A DNA stretch of 64,000 bases from Microbotryum violaceum (lineage: Eukaryota). Under the pieces are notes generated by a model that did no database searches, was not told where the DNA came from, and saw only the letters and a list, made by a program, of their open reading frames with translations. The DNA lies in NCBI GenBank assembly GCA_001244265.2, contig CDLV01000006.1, positions 868,001 through 932,000 of the forward strand, given 5' to 3'. Below, one piece after another: positions 32,974-46,005 of the stretch (within the stretch, counting starts at the first letter, position 1; every line of letters starts with the position of its first letter). Both the position numbers and the translations under genes were made by a program.

Positions 32974-35771
32974 ATGACCATGTCAAGTGAGTATCTGAAT
33001 CACTTTGGAGTCAACACAATCTCGCTCCTTTTCCATTGCTTGCCACTTAGACGCCTCCCCCACCTCGTGACGAGCGACCTCGTGACGCCCCGCGCAGCCC
33101 CACACTGCTCAAGGCTCCGAATACTGACGTCTGCTCGCCGGCCCATCAGAACACATACTCAATGATCCCAAAACACTCGTAAACTACGCCTTGTCAGGTC
33201 TGGCGTTCCTCAATCCTGCCCTGACTTACAACCCAGCCACGATGACGGTCATGGTTCGCCAAGCCGATCACGACAAGGTCCACCTCCTGTGTGGTGGTGG
33301 TGCGGGTCATGAGCCCGCCCATGCCGCCTTCGTGGGCAAAGGGATGCTGTCTGCCGCCGTTAGTGGCAATGTGAGTCTAGGGCTGGGCGGGGCTGCGATA
33401 CCAGGCTGGACGATTTCCCCTCCGTACTCTGGACACCGCCAGTCAAACGTGGGACCGAAAGTGGGGAGCGACGTTCTGGTTGGATGGCAGAGCGCAATGA
33501 GTATGATGGCAGCGGGATTGACATTATGTACCACCACGTCTGTGTTAGGTCTTTGCCAGCCCGAACGCAGCCCAAATTGAAGCCGCTTTGGACCGACTCT
33601 CAAACAGCAAAGGGTAAGCACCATGCCAGGATCTCAGTTCCAGGTGGAAGGGCGCGTCCGTTGGTCACCGGTCACCCACTGCGCACTCATCTTCGAAACG
33701 ACGCCAATCATTGACCATTGACTTTGTCGACTACTCGCATGTAGGCAGTTGATTATTGTTAAGAACTACACCGGTGATGTGCTGCACTTCGGAATTGCCA
33801 AAGAAAGGTGGGCCGCGACCCATTTGGGAAAAGATTCGGTTCGCCTATTGGTCGTTGGCGACGATGTCTCCGTCGGCCGAGCTCAGGGTCAACTGACCGG
33901 TCGCCGAGGATTGGCTGCCACTGTCCTGGTGTACAAGATCGCCGGTGCTCTCGCGGACACGGGCGCATCGCTGGACGAGGTCGAACATCTGGCGAAGCTC
34001 ATCACTAAGCGATCAGGCACTTGTGGTATCGGATTGGACCACTGTCATGTTCCCGGGACCGAGCACGCCGAGGGGTACCTGCAACAAGATGAACTCGAGT
34101 TTGGTCTGGGAATACATAACGAGACGGGCGTGCGAAAGCAAAAACCGATCCCTTCGGCGAACAGGATCGTCGAGGACTTGATGAAGTGGCTCACGGATGT
34201 CGAGGATGAGGACAGAGCTTTCCTGGACTTCAAGAGTACGTCACTAGTCACTTTCCCTTACTTTCTCCGGGTAATTCGCTCACCTGGACTCGGTGTATGT
34301 CAACAGATGACGGCAAAGATGAGGTCATTCTCCTGGTCAACAACCTGGGTGGGATCTCCGAGATCGAGCTCAGTGTCGTCGTGAATGAGGCATCAAAGTG
34401 GCTCGCTTCCAAGCACATCACTGTGGAGAGGTTTGTTTGCGATCGATCTCCCTTTCCCCGTCCGGTGTCTGACCACGTCATTGCCTTGAGCAGAGTTTTA
34501 TCGGGAGCTTTTATGACGTCGCTCAATTTGCCTGGCTTCTCCATCTCCCTCGTTCTGCTACCACGAGAGCCTGTGGCGACGTGAGTCTCTCGTCGGCTGC
34601 GCAGCTGCGCGTATGAAACTCAATGTGCCCATTCGCCCCTGTACTAGCCCCTCGACCTTCACCTCAAACCTCTGCTTCGACAAGGACCTCATCTTGGAGA
34701 TGCTTGACGCTCCGACCGAGGCTCCAGCTTGGATGTGGCATTACAAAGGCCGCCCGGAGGCGCACGTCGAGGAAGAGAAGGACGACCAGAAGAACAGCAA
34801 GAAGAGAAAGACCGAGGTCGATATCTCCGGAAGCGATCAGGTTAAAGGACCGGCCCGTGAGTTGCTGGTTCGCACTCATTACAACTTATCGATATGGGGA
34901 CGCTGACGCTGGCGAGCTGAAATATTAGCGACCGATGCAAAGCTGTTCAAATCGGCGATCGAGGCCGCGCTGCAAGAACTCGTCAAAGCCGAAGCCGAAA
35001 TCACAAAGTACGACACAACTGCCGGCGACGGGGATGCAGGTCAGTCGTGCTACTCGTCTTCACGAGCTGTGGAGCGCATCATCGTCTGACCAAGGGCATT
35101 CGTGGGACCACCAACAGGGCTCACCCTCAAGGCAGGTGCCGAAGCACTCCAAACTAAAATCTCGTCAGATGTGATCCCAACCGACAAGGACGTTGTTGCA
35201 ACCTTGGTCGGCATTTCTGCCGTCGTCGAGAAGGAGATGGGCGGGACGAGTGGTGGTCTTTACTCGATCTTCTTCGCCGCGTTGTCCAAGGGCGTCCTGC
35301 AAGCTGCCAAGGACAAGGGGGAGAACAAGGCGACGAGCGAAGTTTGGGCTAAGGCTCTCGAGGTGAGCCTAATTCCTGGTGATGGCAGCGTTTAGCTGCA
35401 TATATCTACATCCCATTTAATTTATCCTTCCTTTTGCCTCTTAGCTCGCCCTCAACACGCTCTATAACTACACCCTGGCTCGACCTCCATCGAGGACCTT
35501 GGTCGATCCTCTGGCCGCCTTCATCATCACATTCGGGTCAGACCCTGCCAACTTTGACAACGCCTTCAACCAAGCACAAGAAGCGGCCGAAGCGACCCGA
35601 ACACTTGTCGCTAAAGCTGGACGTGCCGCTTATGTCGACCAGGACAAGATTGAAAAGGCCAACGTACCTGATGCGGGGGCTTGGGGCGTGCTGAAAATCT
35701 TGCAGGGCGTCAAGGCGGCTTTGGGCCGTGAATCCTCGAGCACGACTATGACGAAGAGAGGCCAGGAATGA
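32974..35771 (+). CDS. DAK1: Dihydroxyacetone kinase (DhaK-DhaL fusion), 10 exons
   Basis: GGGAGHEPAH, SGNVFASP, KNYTGD, RRGLAAT, GLGIHNE, AGDGDAG, MGGTSG, GRAAY, PDAGA. All introns GT-AG and in frame. Confidence 0.95.
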
Positions 35772-36042
35772 AATGCAAATCGGTATGTTTCAATAATATT
35801 CCTTCACAGCAGGGAGTCCAGTTCTATGCACTAACAACGAGAAGAAGAAAAGCGCTTCTACGGGGTGAACGAATAAAGCCCACTTCAAGGTGTCGACGCC
35901 GAGAAGCCGTTACCAACACGTCGATACATGTTACACATACAACAAGAACAATCGCAATATATTAACAAAGGGACACTCGGACTTTGACTGGTCGGTCACA
36001 CTCTGAGCCACATCAAGAATCTTTCCTTGTGTCCGCTCCGCC

Positions 36043-37121
36043 TTATCCCCTCTCGACACCGACGAGCAAACGGGCAACATCGACTTTGAGACTTTCGTAA
36101 GCAGACTCGAACCGACTGGGCAGAGCTCCCGGGAGAGTTTGATAGGTGACTCTAGGATCTCGCGCAATCCCATGCACGAGATGGCACTGAATCTGGGCAG
36201 AGTGGATCGCACACCTGAGCGCGGGTTTGAGCATCTTGATCGCTTTCGGTCGAAGCGCGAGCGATGTCTCTTGATCCGATGAGTCGTATTCGGGTGACGA
36301 TGGAGGAGAAGGGGGTGGTATATCGGGTCGCTCGAACCACGAGCGAAACACCCGGTTCATCCCATTCGCAACCGTCATCGTCCAAGCGTAGCTTTCCAGT
36401 GTCGGAGGAGAGCTCGTAGGGCGCCAGGTCTCGGGTGCTTCCAAGAGCAGGGGAGTTTTGGCGGATGCGTGGACCGCTCGAATGTGAAGCGCCAAAATGT
36501 TGTTTCCAAACGCCTGATCGTCATCTAGAGTGATGGATTGAGAGGCTGTTGTCGAGCCCGTGAAGCCGAACTCGGCCAGCTCACTTGAAGAAGGATCGTT
36601 CGACACAAAGGAAGAAAACGTGACTCGGTGACGAAGGTTTCGTCGCGTCGCTGTGGGGGTGCACGATTCGAACAACACTTCGTACTGCTTGGAGCAAGCA
36701 AGGTGTCGAAATCGGGCCCGTAGGAGGTGCGAGATCTTGGCGCAGAAGTCATGCCTGGCAGAAAGATCGTGCCGTCAGCGACGGCGTCATAACGTCCAAG
36801 TCTCCGACAGAAGCTCGGGCACGTGACCTAGCGTAGCGCTAGGAAGAGCTTCGGCTGGTCAGGTGCGACTCACGAGACCGTTCGGAGTCTTGTCAGCTCC
36901 CGGGCAGGGATGTTCTCCAGAATGTGGAGCCAAAGATCGTCATTCAATCTTACGAGTCGGCTCGATGTGCCCACGCCGGCGCATCGATCGAGATCCTCCG
37001 CGCCGTCGGTGGCCGAGAGCGTGCCGCTCGTCGCAGGGGCCTGACGCAGAGCACTTCGGCGATGCTTCGATTGCGAGCGTGGAACGGTGATCGTGGAGTC
37101 GATTGTGACTGGGAAAGGCAT
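36043..37121 (-). CDS. F-box domain protein (2 exons)
   Basis: LVRLNDDLWLHILENIPARELTRLRTVSHDF F-box. An intron GTGAGT...CTGAC...CCAG (about 36873-36755) joins it in frame to the 36043-36678 ORF. Confidence 0.75.
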
Positions 37122-38539
37122 CGCCTTGGGCTGGGGCCGAGCGTAACCACTGGACGCCGGGCAGAGATCGCGGGACGGCTCGCGGGCGATAACGACACCC
37201 CAACGCGGGGTAACAGCCTAATCACGAAACGGCGGCTGTCGAAAGTAATTGAGGTTGGATGCGATCCGCGTCGCTGAGCGCTCCGAATAGCTGGGCTAGC
37301 TGATGTGAATGATCTTGCAAGTGGGCGAGTAGGACCGAAAGGCGCGCTGAAGTTAGGCGCGATGGCGCAAGGTAAGATCAGAAACACCTCCGAGACTACA
37401 GATTGGTCGCCGAGCAACGATTGCAGTGCGCTGACGCGCCGACATCGCGATCTGAGCATCAGAGCATCCGATCTCGACAATAAGTGCAGACCGCCTTGTT
37501 ACGGTATTACCTTTTTACAGCTGGTGGTTCGGACGATCAACCTCGATTATTTCTGGCAGATGTCTGAAACACAAATTCACTATTGTTCTCCGGTAACAGG
37601 AGTGGGTATTGCACGCTTCCAGGAGAATGTGCTTAGCCGCCCGCGGGCCGAGAACGTTGAGTCTGAGCCAGAGCTCAAAAGCCAGGCAACCAACAGAAAG
37701 GAAGAAGTTTGGTACAGAATTTGGTCTTCGACTGCTGCGCCTTGGCGTCGCATGGTCAAACGGCTGCAGCTAGCCCCTATCATCCTCTCCGCAGACCGAT
37801 GAGCAAGGGCTTTCCAGTTGAAGATGGAGTGTCAATGGAAGATCGAGTATACCTCACATTAACTGCTATCAACGTCTTCGAGTGCGTGGGGCGGCGATTC
37901 AACTTTTCCTAGTGGGCACCAAGGACTGAGGAGTACAACTACTGCAAGCGGTCGACGTGCTCGATCGCGAACGAAGCCACGTGGACGGAGAGTTTCGGAG
38001 GGCGGTACAGGTGGGAGCGAAAATATTATGAATCGCGGTCAAGAGAATATGGAGATACTCGAGCTGTCAAGATGAGCTTAACATAAACTGGAGGTGGCAA
38101 GGCTGGTCAAATACTAGTGTACAGGGGCCTAGTGTAGGTGGATTGTTCAGCAGACAGCGCGCGGGCGCGCGGGCCTTGCCCGTCCAGGACTTCCCAAAGC
38201 GGCGAGATTCGAGGCTCTCGCCGCTCTCGACGCTCTTCGCCCGCCTCCCCTCAGGCCAGCTCAGGCGCAAAATGGGCCAGGAGCTTGCGTGTCTGCGTGG
38301 AGGATGAAGGGAAATGCATCTACGCTGTTTCTGGCTCACCGCGCAAGTGACGTATTCTCTCGCCGCCCCACTCAATTGCCCATCGTCTAAAAGATCTTTT
38401 GCGGCGGGGGCCCTGAGCATTACTCGAATCGCTTTCGAGCAGCGCGCCTGCCATTACTCTCGGCGCCGTTCATTTCAACTTTCTTCCTTCTCCTCTCTCC
38501 CCCGACCGTTCTCCCCGCAGCTGTGACCAGCTTTGACAG

Positions 38540-40767
38540 ATGGGACTGTTATCAAGGAAGAAGACGACCTCGAACCCTCCGCCTGCCATTTCAGGGCCGA
38601 TCATACCCGCCGGCTCCGCTCTCAACAACCATCCGACGGCGACGGTCCCTGCAGGAGCAGCGCATTACTCCTCGAGTAGTGGTGGCGGCGGCGGCTACGG
38701 CAGTTATTCGTCCAACAAGTACAGCCACGAGCGAGAGCAGACTTCTGGCTTACCCAGCCCACCTGGTTCACCCATCGAGACCGATTGTAAGTTGGTCCTG
38801 TTTCGTGTACTACATTGCGTTCTTTCTTGGATTCTCGGCGGTGCCGTCGTGGCAGTCAGTAGCCGCGGTCGGCGCGCACGGGGCGGCGCTCCGTGGCTGG
38901 TCGTCGCAGTCCGACCACGACGAGGAGGCGCGCCGGAAAGCGCCCAGCGGAGCGGCTTCTGGGCCCTTTCCGTCCACCCTGCCCTCCACTTCCAACGACC
39001 TTGCGACCGTGATTACGGCCTCATCCCCGGCTTCGCTGCACCGGGTGCTATCGACGATCCCCATCGGCTTGTATGCTGACCTGAGTCATACCCCTCGAAT
39101 GTCGACCGCCGACGTACGCACAGACTCGTCGAAGCAGCTCCAACACCCTCTCACGCCCCCGCACTCGGCTCAGTCGTACTCGTCTCGCCCGGTGCAAGCC
39201 CAGAAACAACACGCGTACCAGACCCACGGCGGCCACTCATCCTACAGCAAGTCGACCTCGTCTTCTCGCGAGATGCGCGATGATCGCACCACGAGCTCGA
39301 ACCAGAGCGGCTCGACCGCGCAGACGTCCTATCACGAGCGAGACGTACAGGGCAAGCTTGAGAACCTCGGGTTGCACGGTGGATACCATGGCTCGGACCA
39401 AATGAGCCTCGACAACGTCGATATGTACGACGGCACCCCTACCGGTCGTCCGGCGTCGGCCGCGACGAACAGTACCGTTCACGGCGGCCATTCGTCCGGC
39501 GGACATGGCGCTGCGCGCCCCACCACCACCGCCGCCTCGTCGTCGCCGTCACATCTGCGCCAAGCTCCGCTCACAGGGGGCGGCGTCCCCCCTCTCGAGG
39601 CGTTTCGACCTATTCGACCGTCTCGACGACGCAGAGGCCAAACGCGGTGGGCCAGCGGCCTGTTTCGACCAACCTCAGTGTCATGTCCCCTACACCCTCC
39701 AACACCTCCTCGACCTCGCGCAAGACGTCATCGCGATACAATCTCAGCGACTTTAGCTTCAATCGCACCCTCGGTACAGGGTCCTTTGGTCGTGTACACT
39801 TGGTCAGGTCGCAACACAACTCTCGGTCGTACGCGATCAAGGTGCTCAACAAGGAGCGTGTCGTCAAGATGAAGCAGGTCGAGCACACCAACTCGGAGCG
39901 CGAGATGCTCGAGCGCGTGCGGCATCCGTTCCTCGTCAACCTGTGGGGCACTTTCAAGGACTCGAAGAATCTGTACATGGTCATGGATTTCGTCGCCGGT
40001 GGAGAGTTGTTTAGCTTGTTGCGGAAAAGTCAGGTGAGTTGATCTTCCGACTTTGGAGTCTTCGGTGTGATCCAGGTGCTGACTCTGCGGGCCGATGTAC
40101 CCCACAGCGATTCCCCGACCCCGTCGCAAAGTTCTTTGCCGCCGAGGTCGCGCTGGCGCTCGACTACCTCCACTCCCTAGAGATCATCTACCGCGATCTC
40201 AAGCCAGAAAACATCCTCCTCGGGGCGGACGGTCACGTCAAAATCACCGACTTTGGCTTTGCCAAGCACGTCCCCGATATCACCTGGACATTGTGCGGTA
40301 CGCCCGACTACCTCGCTCCCGAGATCGTGCAATCGCGCGGCTACAACAAGTCGGTCGATTGGTATGCGCTTGGCGTTCTCATGTTTGAGATGTTGGCTGG
40401 ATATCCGCCATTCTTCACCGAGGACTCGAATCCGATGCGTCTGTACGAGAAGATCATCGCCGGCAAAGTACGCTACCCCGGCTACTTTGCCCCTGAGGCC
40501 AAGGATTTGCTCAAGTCGCTGCTCACGCCAGACATCACGAAGCGCTTCGGCAACTTGGCCAATGGCTCGCGAGATATCTTCTCCCATGTCTGGTTCCAAG
40601 AGGTTGACTGGGAGCGGCTGTACCGGAAAGAGATCCCCGCGCCTTACGTTCCCAAGGTCGAGGGCGATTGGGACTCGTCCAATTTTGACGCCTACCCGGA
40701 AGTTGACATGTCAGAATACGGCAGCACCGGGCCCGATCCTCACGGTCACCTCTTCACGCTCTTCTAG
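38540..40767 (+). CDS. PKA1: cAMP-dependent protein kinase catalytic subunit with long disordered N-terminus; apparent frame switch near 39587-39592
   Basis: [42 protein letters not shown]-terminal FTLF hydrophobic motif. Introns near 38787-39123 and 40034-40107. Confidence 0.95.
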
Positions 40768-41051
40768 ATGCACCGCGCCGCCCGCCACGACCCCGATCAA
40801 GAGCCGGCTCTCTGATCGACCGCTCCTCTCCAGCGCGTTCCGCCATGTTATGCATTCCCCTTGGGATGGTTTTGCCCTTCGTAAACTATATCGTTCATCG
40901 TTCTCTCCTTCCTGCTCTCAGGCGGTCACCTCGCCGTGTTTATTGTGAATCTGTGTTTACGCCATTATCTCCTCTTGTAGCCTTACAACGTCAATATATT
41001 CAATTTCGATGTGAACCGACTGCTTGCATGCACGAGAGAAAAATACGGCCC

Positions 41052-43234
41052 CTATTCAAGCCTCGAACGACTGCACTGCCTTGAGCTTGGTTGCCTGATC
41101 GTGAACGGCGTCTGGGTTAGAGCAAGCTTCTCGGACATTCAAATGCGATGGGCGACGCTCACTGCTAGTCGAATCGCGCTCAGCCGCTCGTCGATCTGAC
41201 CCTGGACTGAATGGAGCCGCGAGACTTTAGCCATGTCGATCGAATAGAACTGTCGGCACAGGTCGGCTAACTCTCTGTGCAGAAAGGATGATCGGCCTTG
41301 TGGTCAGCACGGTGACGGACTTCGTCTGAGACGGAAGGCACAGCTGAAGTCTCGACTTGCGATCGCAGATCCGCTAGCTCGTCCTCGAGCTCCTTTTCGG
41401 CAAAAAGTCGAAGCGCGTGGGGCGGCGGTCTACTTGGTTTCGCCCTCTGGAAAACAAAATGGCTCGAGTTGCTGTAATTAGTAGTGTGAAATGAGCGTCA
41501 TCAGAGTCGATTCACTTGCCACCAGCTTGTTGAGTCTTGATTTGAAGGTGTTCCTGCCGCCACTCCGTGAGGACGAAGGTGCCGGAGGGATTGGCGGTGT
41601 CAGGTCGGTCTCGACGTTCACGAGATCAAATTCTTCCGTGACATCCTCGGCTGGATGTAAATGAACTTCGTTTACTTCTTGAGTGCCCGAGTTGTTCTGC
41701 TGCGATCCCATCTGTCGGTGATCGATGAGCGTCTCCGAGCCGTCGGTGCATGGGTGCTCAGCGTCGTCATCTTCGGTCTCCTCCTCCTAAAAGCGGTCCG
41801 TCGTTAGTGTGCGACAAGTTGCAGCTATCTCCAGCCAGAAAAACGCACAATCGAATTGTCAATAGCATTTCCAGTTTGCTCCTCTTCCGTATAGGACAGC
41901 AGTCCGTGTTCCCTCTTCCAAAGCTCAAGCTTTCGGCCGGTGGGACAGCTAATTCTGCGTTAGTAGGGTATCCGGTGGGTTGGCCTAAACCACTGCGCGT
42001 ACACCCACCTGAGCGACTGCATCATCGTAAGCATGTTCCAGTTCTTCCTGAGCGGCGATCAGGTTCCTTCCCTCCTCATCTTGCAGCTGCTGGCGTAGTT
42101 GTGCATCCTTGAGCTCGCCCCTCAACGATTCGGCTTCTTCGCTCGTCTCGGTCAATCGCTCGGACAAGTGCTTGACTTGGTCCGTCAACTGAGCGATCAT
42201 GCTCTCTCTTTCTGCCTTTCCCGCTTCCAACTCCTGAAGGGTTTTCCGCATGGTCTTGATCTCCGCTTCGTGGAACTCCTTTGACGCGAAAGCCGAGGCG
42301 AGGTCGGTTTCGAGCTCGATGATGCGCAACGCATGGCAGTCTAGACCTTCGCGCAACACGAGCAGTTCTGCTTCGTGGTGGGCAACCTCGCTCTGGATAG
42401 AGGTAATTCTTGAATTAAGACAAACTTGCTTTGTGTGAGTGTCGGTCGAAGCACCACTCACATGAGCAACGCCAAGCTGGTTTCTGAGATGGGCGATCTC
42501 AGGTACGGCTTGAGAATATTCGGTCGCGAGTCGTTCCTAAATCGGTGCGAAGGGTGAGCGTCACGACGTACACTTCGAAGAGAAGTGAATGGGTGACCTA
42601 CCAACTCAGCCGAGGTTCTTTTTGCTTCGTCCTTGCACTCTTCAGCGTTAACGAGCACATCAGCTCTAGTCAATCCTTGATCAAGACTAAATGAGATCTG
42701 TGGCATACAAACAAGATTCTATCAAGAGCAATTTTAGACCAAGTTCAGCTTCTTCGTACCTACCTCTGTCTCAATCGAACCGATTGCAGCCGGTCGCCGC
42801 GAGTCGATTTCGGTATCGGTATCGACGTCGATCCCGCTCAATTTCTGGTAGACCCGTGGTGTAGTGTTTGGGCATTAGATCAGGGCCTTTACACCCAAAG
42901 AGAACGCGATTCATCGGTGCAAGCCTTACTCGAAGGCGGGGTGACACCCTCCGCTCTTGTTTGGTATCCTTTAATTTCATCCTTGCCAGCGCTAGCGGCG
43001 CCGTCCTGTCCGTCAATGCGATCGTACTAGGTCCAAGCGCCGAGGTCGAAGGTCCTGCGAGGGTACCGGTCTTCATACGAGTATCCAGAGAGGTGCTGGC
43101 CTACATGAGATACGCGGATTAAGCGATTGAGGCATATGCGCTCGGAGCGTTCGGCGAAGTTGAGTGAACTTCGACAGTGTGGGACTCACTTGTAGAGAGG
43201 GGCTCAACAGGTTGCTGACGTCTTGGAGCACCAT
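41052..43234 (-). CDS. Multi-exon coiled-coil hypothetical protein (boundaries approximate)
   Basis: Heptad-rich exon 41985-42430 (EIKTMRKTLQELEAGKAERESMIAQLTDQVKHL). Several GT-AG introns link MVLQDVSNLL to later exons. Exon set not fully resolved. Confidence 0.6.
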
Positions 43235-43493
43235 CTCGGAAAAGGTAGCGACCAACTCCGTCTTCCTCAACGTCTCGTGTGAGGTGTTGTGCGACACCGG
43301 TCAGAGGGAAAGAGGAAAACATGCGGGCGGGTGATTGCGACTCAGACACAGACGCGCTCGAGCCAAGATAGGAGGTAGTGGGCTGAGATGTGAGCGGCGG
43401 CCCGATGAAACAACCCCGGCCAAACGTAGCCAGCGATCACATTCCGGAATCCACCTTGTTACAACAACACAGTGATATACATGATACTATCTT

Positions 43494-45637
43494 CTACGTA
43501 TCAGGGACGGCCCAGCTAGTTCTGGACGGCTGCTCGGGCGTGCCCATGATCAAATCGAATTGCCGCTTGCCCCGCGACAGCTTGCCATTGTCTCTCTCGA
43601 AGCCCCTCAGATACAGCTCATCCTCCTCGTCGTCATCCCAGTCCATGGGAGCGGCCGCCGACAAGCCTGCCGGAAGAAAATCAGGGGTTGACGAGGCACC
43701 TGGTCGGAAAGCCGCCCCGAGTGCGGCGAAAGAGGGTACCACGAGGGCCTGGGTTGAGATTGTGGCCGATGAGGTGCGCGATGCTGCAGGCGTGTCCGGA
43801 ACGAGTGTGAACGAAGCCATGTTGGCTGTGGAGCTCGACTCTGTTGTGAGCATCGAGTCAGCAGCTGCGTAGACGATAGACGCTTGTGCGGGGATTGAAG
43901 TCGACTCACTTCTGGGGCTTACACTCTTGCGCTTGTTCACGCGATGTGCACCTGCTTGCTCCGCCACGGCCTGTTCCGCGACCTTGGACGCAGATATGGC
44001 CTTCTTCTTGATTCCGGCACCAGTTTTGGGTTTGCCAAAGCTGACTTCGCGTCGATTGAAGAGACCCTTGGAGGAGCTAATGAGACTGTCGCCGCGAGGC
44101 AGGGGTCGCGGCTGTTTTCTCGGCGGTTTCGAACGAGGCGCGGTGTTCTCCGACGTCTTGTCGTAACCATTGTGATCTGCCTTGGACGAGTCATGTCTAG
44201 ACGAAGGAGCTGCAGAATTTGTACCTCCCGATTTTGATTTGGAAATGGACAAGGTGGGCACTTTGAAGCTGTCGTGTTGCGAGCCGCCTAGAGTTGACGA
44301 GTCCAGGCCGAGCAGGCGCTTCATGGTGGGGCTTTCGGCAACAAATGGTCTCTGATCTCGTTCCTTCCTCCTCGCGCTCTTGTCGAGAGACAGTAGGCTC
44401 CGTGTTTTGAACGGCGACGGCGCGGGGACGAGTCGAAGTGCGAGCGCGTCGGCTGGGGTGGCGGAGGGAAATAGCTTGGCGCGATGATGCGACAGCAGTG
44501 CAGGCGAGGCGTGTGGCCCAAAGAGTGCTTCGACAACGTCCAACCACCATTGCTGTACTTCGTCGCGGTCCTCGATCTCCACTCCTTCCTTCTTTTTTGC
44601 GTTTCTGACCTGCGAGTCCACCTCTAACCCAAGCGCATTGACGTCCCTCATCACCCGCCAGATTTGTAGCCGATCGGTCAAAAAGTCGAGCAAAAGCTCT
44701 GGGTCCAGGGTAGAGGCATGCCGCTCCGGGTCTTTCTTCTTCTTGGCCTTGACCTCGGGCGACTCCAGCGCGGCCGGTAGAGTGAGGAGCGTGAGGAGCA
44801 ACAGGCTATGGAGCAGCGTACTGGAGAGGACAAAAATTGCATCAGCTTCCGAGGCTAGAGACAAGCTGTATGCGCAGTGTCCACAACACCTACTCGAAAA
44901 GTTCACCCGCTGTTATCCATTGTGCGGTATTGACCTCCTTTTTGGTCCAAGCCAAGGGCTTGTGCACAACCTCTTCTTCGACGCCCTCTGGGTGCATCGA
45001 GCCGAGTTTTCCGTCCTGGCCCGGAGTATCGTTATCAATGTGGGTCACCGCTTGCGGATGTTCGACGTCTTCTTGAATCACAGGGAGTGACTTGGGTCGA
45101 TCCTCCTCTATTTTGGCCTCTTTAGCCACCCTCCACTTGCGATAGGTTTCGAGCAAAAGCGTGACTTCCTTGTCGGCGAGCTTGTGCTTTTTGCCTGTCG
45201 GTGGGAGTGGACGACTCTGGGCGGTGACGGGATCGACGTCTTCGGTCGGGGTCGGTTTCACGAGTGCCGGGATTGTGTTTCTCCATTTCCTGTCAAAGTC
45301 GTGGAGCGGGAGGAGTATGCCGCGGATCTTGTGCTCGACCTCGGCACGGGGCCGTTCCGAAGCGAGCGCCAGCAGATGGTGCCCAAACTGTCGCGACTTG
45401 CTCTGAAGACCCGAGAAGGACGGATTTGTCAGCGGGTTTGCTGTTGAAGAATGGCCACTCCGTTACACTTGCACTCACGATGACGTTGTTGAGCACGTCC
45501 GAGTAGAGCGCCTCGAGGTAGGCCTGGTCCAGCTCGGATCGCCGCTCAGATGGATCAACGATCGCGTAGGTCGGGTGCGCGGGCCAAGGGATGGGACAGT
45601 CGTGGGGCAGCGAGTAGAGCAGCAGCTTTTCGGCCAT
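43494..45637 (-). CDS. SLD3: DNA replication initiation factor Sld3/Treslin-like
   Basis: Spliced FDRKW..IP, then a hydrophobic helix plus KKKK and LLLDFLTDRLQIW (Sld3 LDRLxIW-type core). LFNRREVS, and multiple S/TP CDK sites at the C-terminus. Confidence 0.75.
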
Positions 45638-46005
45638 GCTGGTCTACTCTGATCGCTGGTGCCTCACTTTAAAGGGGCGACCCGTCTCTCTCTTCCTTCG
45701 TTGGCTGGAAGGCCTTTCCCGACGCGACTTGCAGTGAGTTGAAACCGATGAGCGAAACGTCGTCATGCGCGGCGGTGCGCTTACTCGCGCTAACTAACAA
45801 TTGAAAATAGAATGGATTGCGCACCACTGAGAAGCTCGATCGGGCTTTCTCTTGGCCGCTTCATCTTCCCGCACCTTTTAGGTGGCGCAGGTACACACCT
45901 TACCTGCACACCGACGCCCCTCACCCACCTCATATGGGGGCACTGCGCATCAGATTCCCATCTACCCTCTTGGGATTGAAAGCGCATCCGCTTGTAGACT
46001 GCCAC

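Noticed and set aside
36650..36690. Putative 35-nt intron in the F-box gene
   Set aside because: A single longer intron with a clear branch point and acceptor at about 36755 explains the frame.
38540..38570. N-myristoylation of PKA (MGLLSRKK)
   Set aside because: Gly2 is present but position 6 is Arg rather than Ser/Thr; too weak to call.
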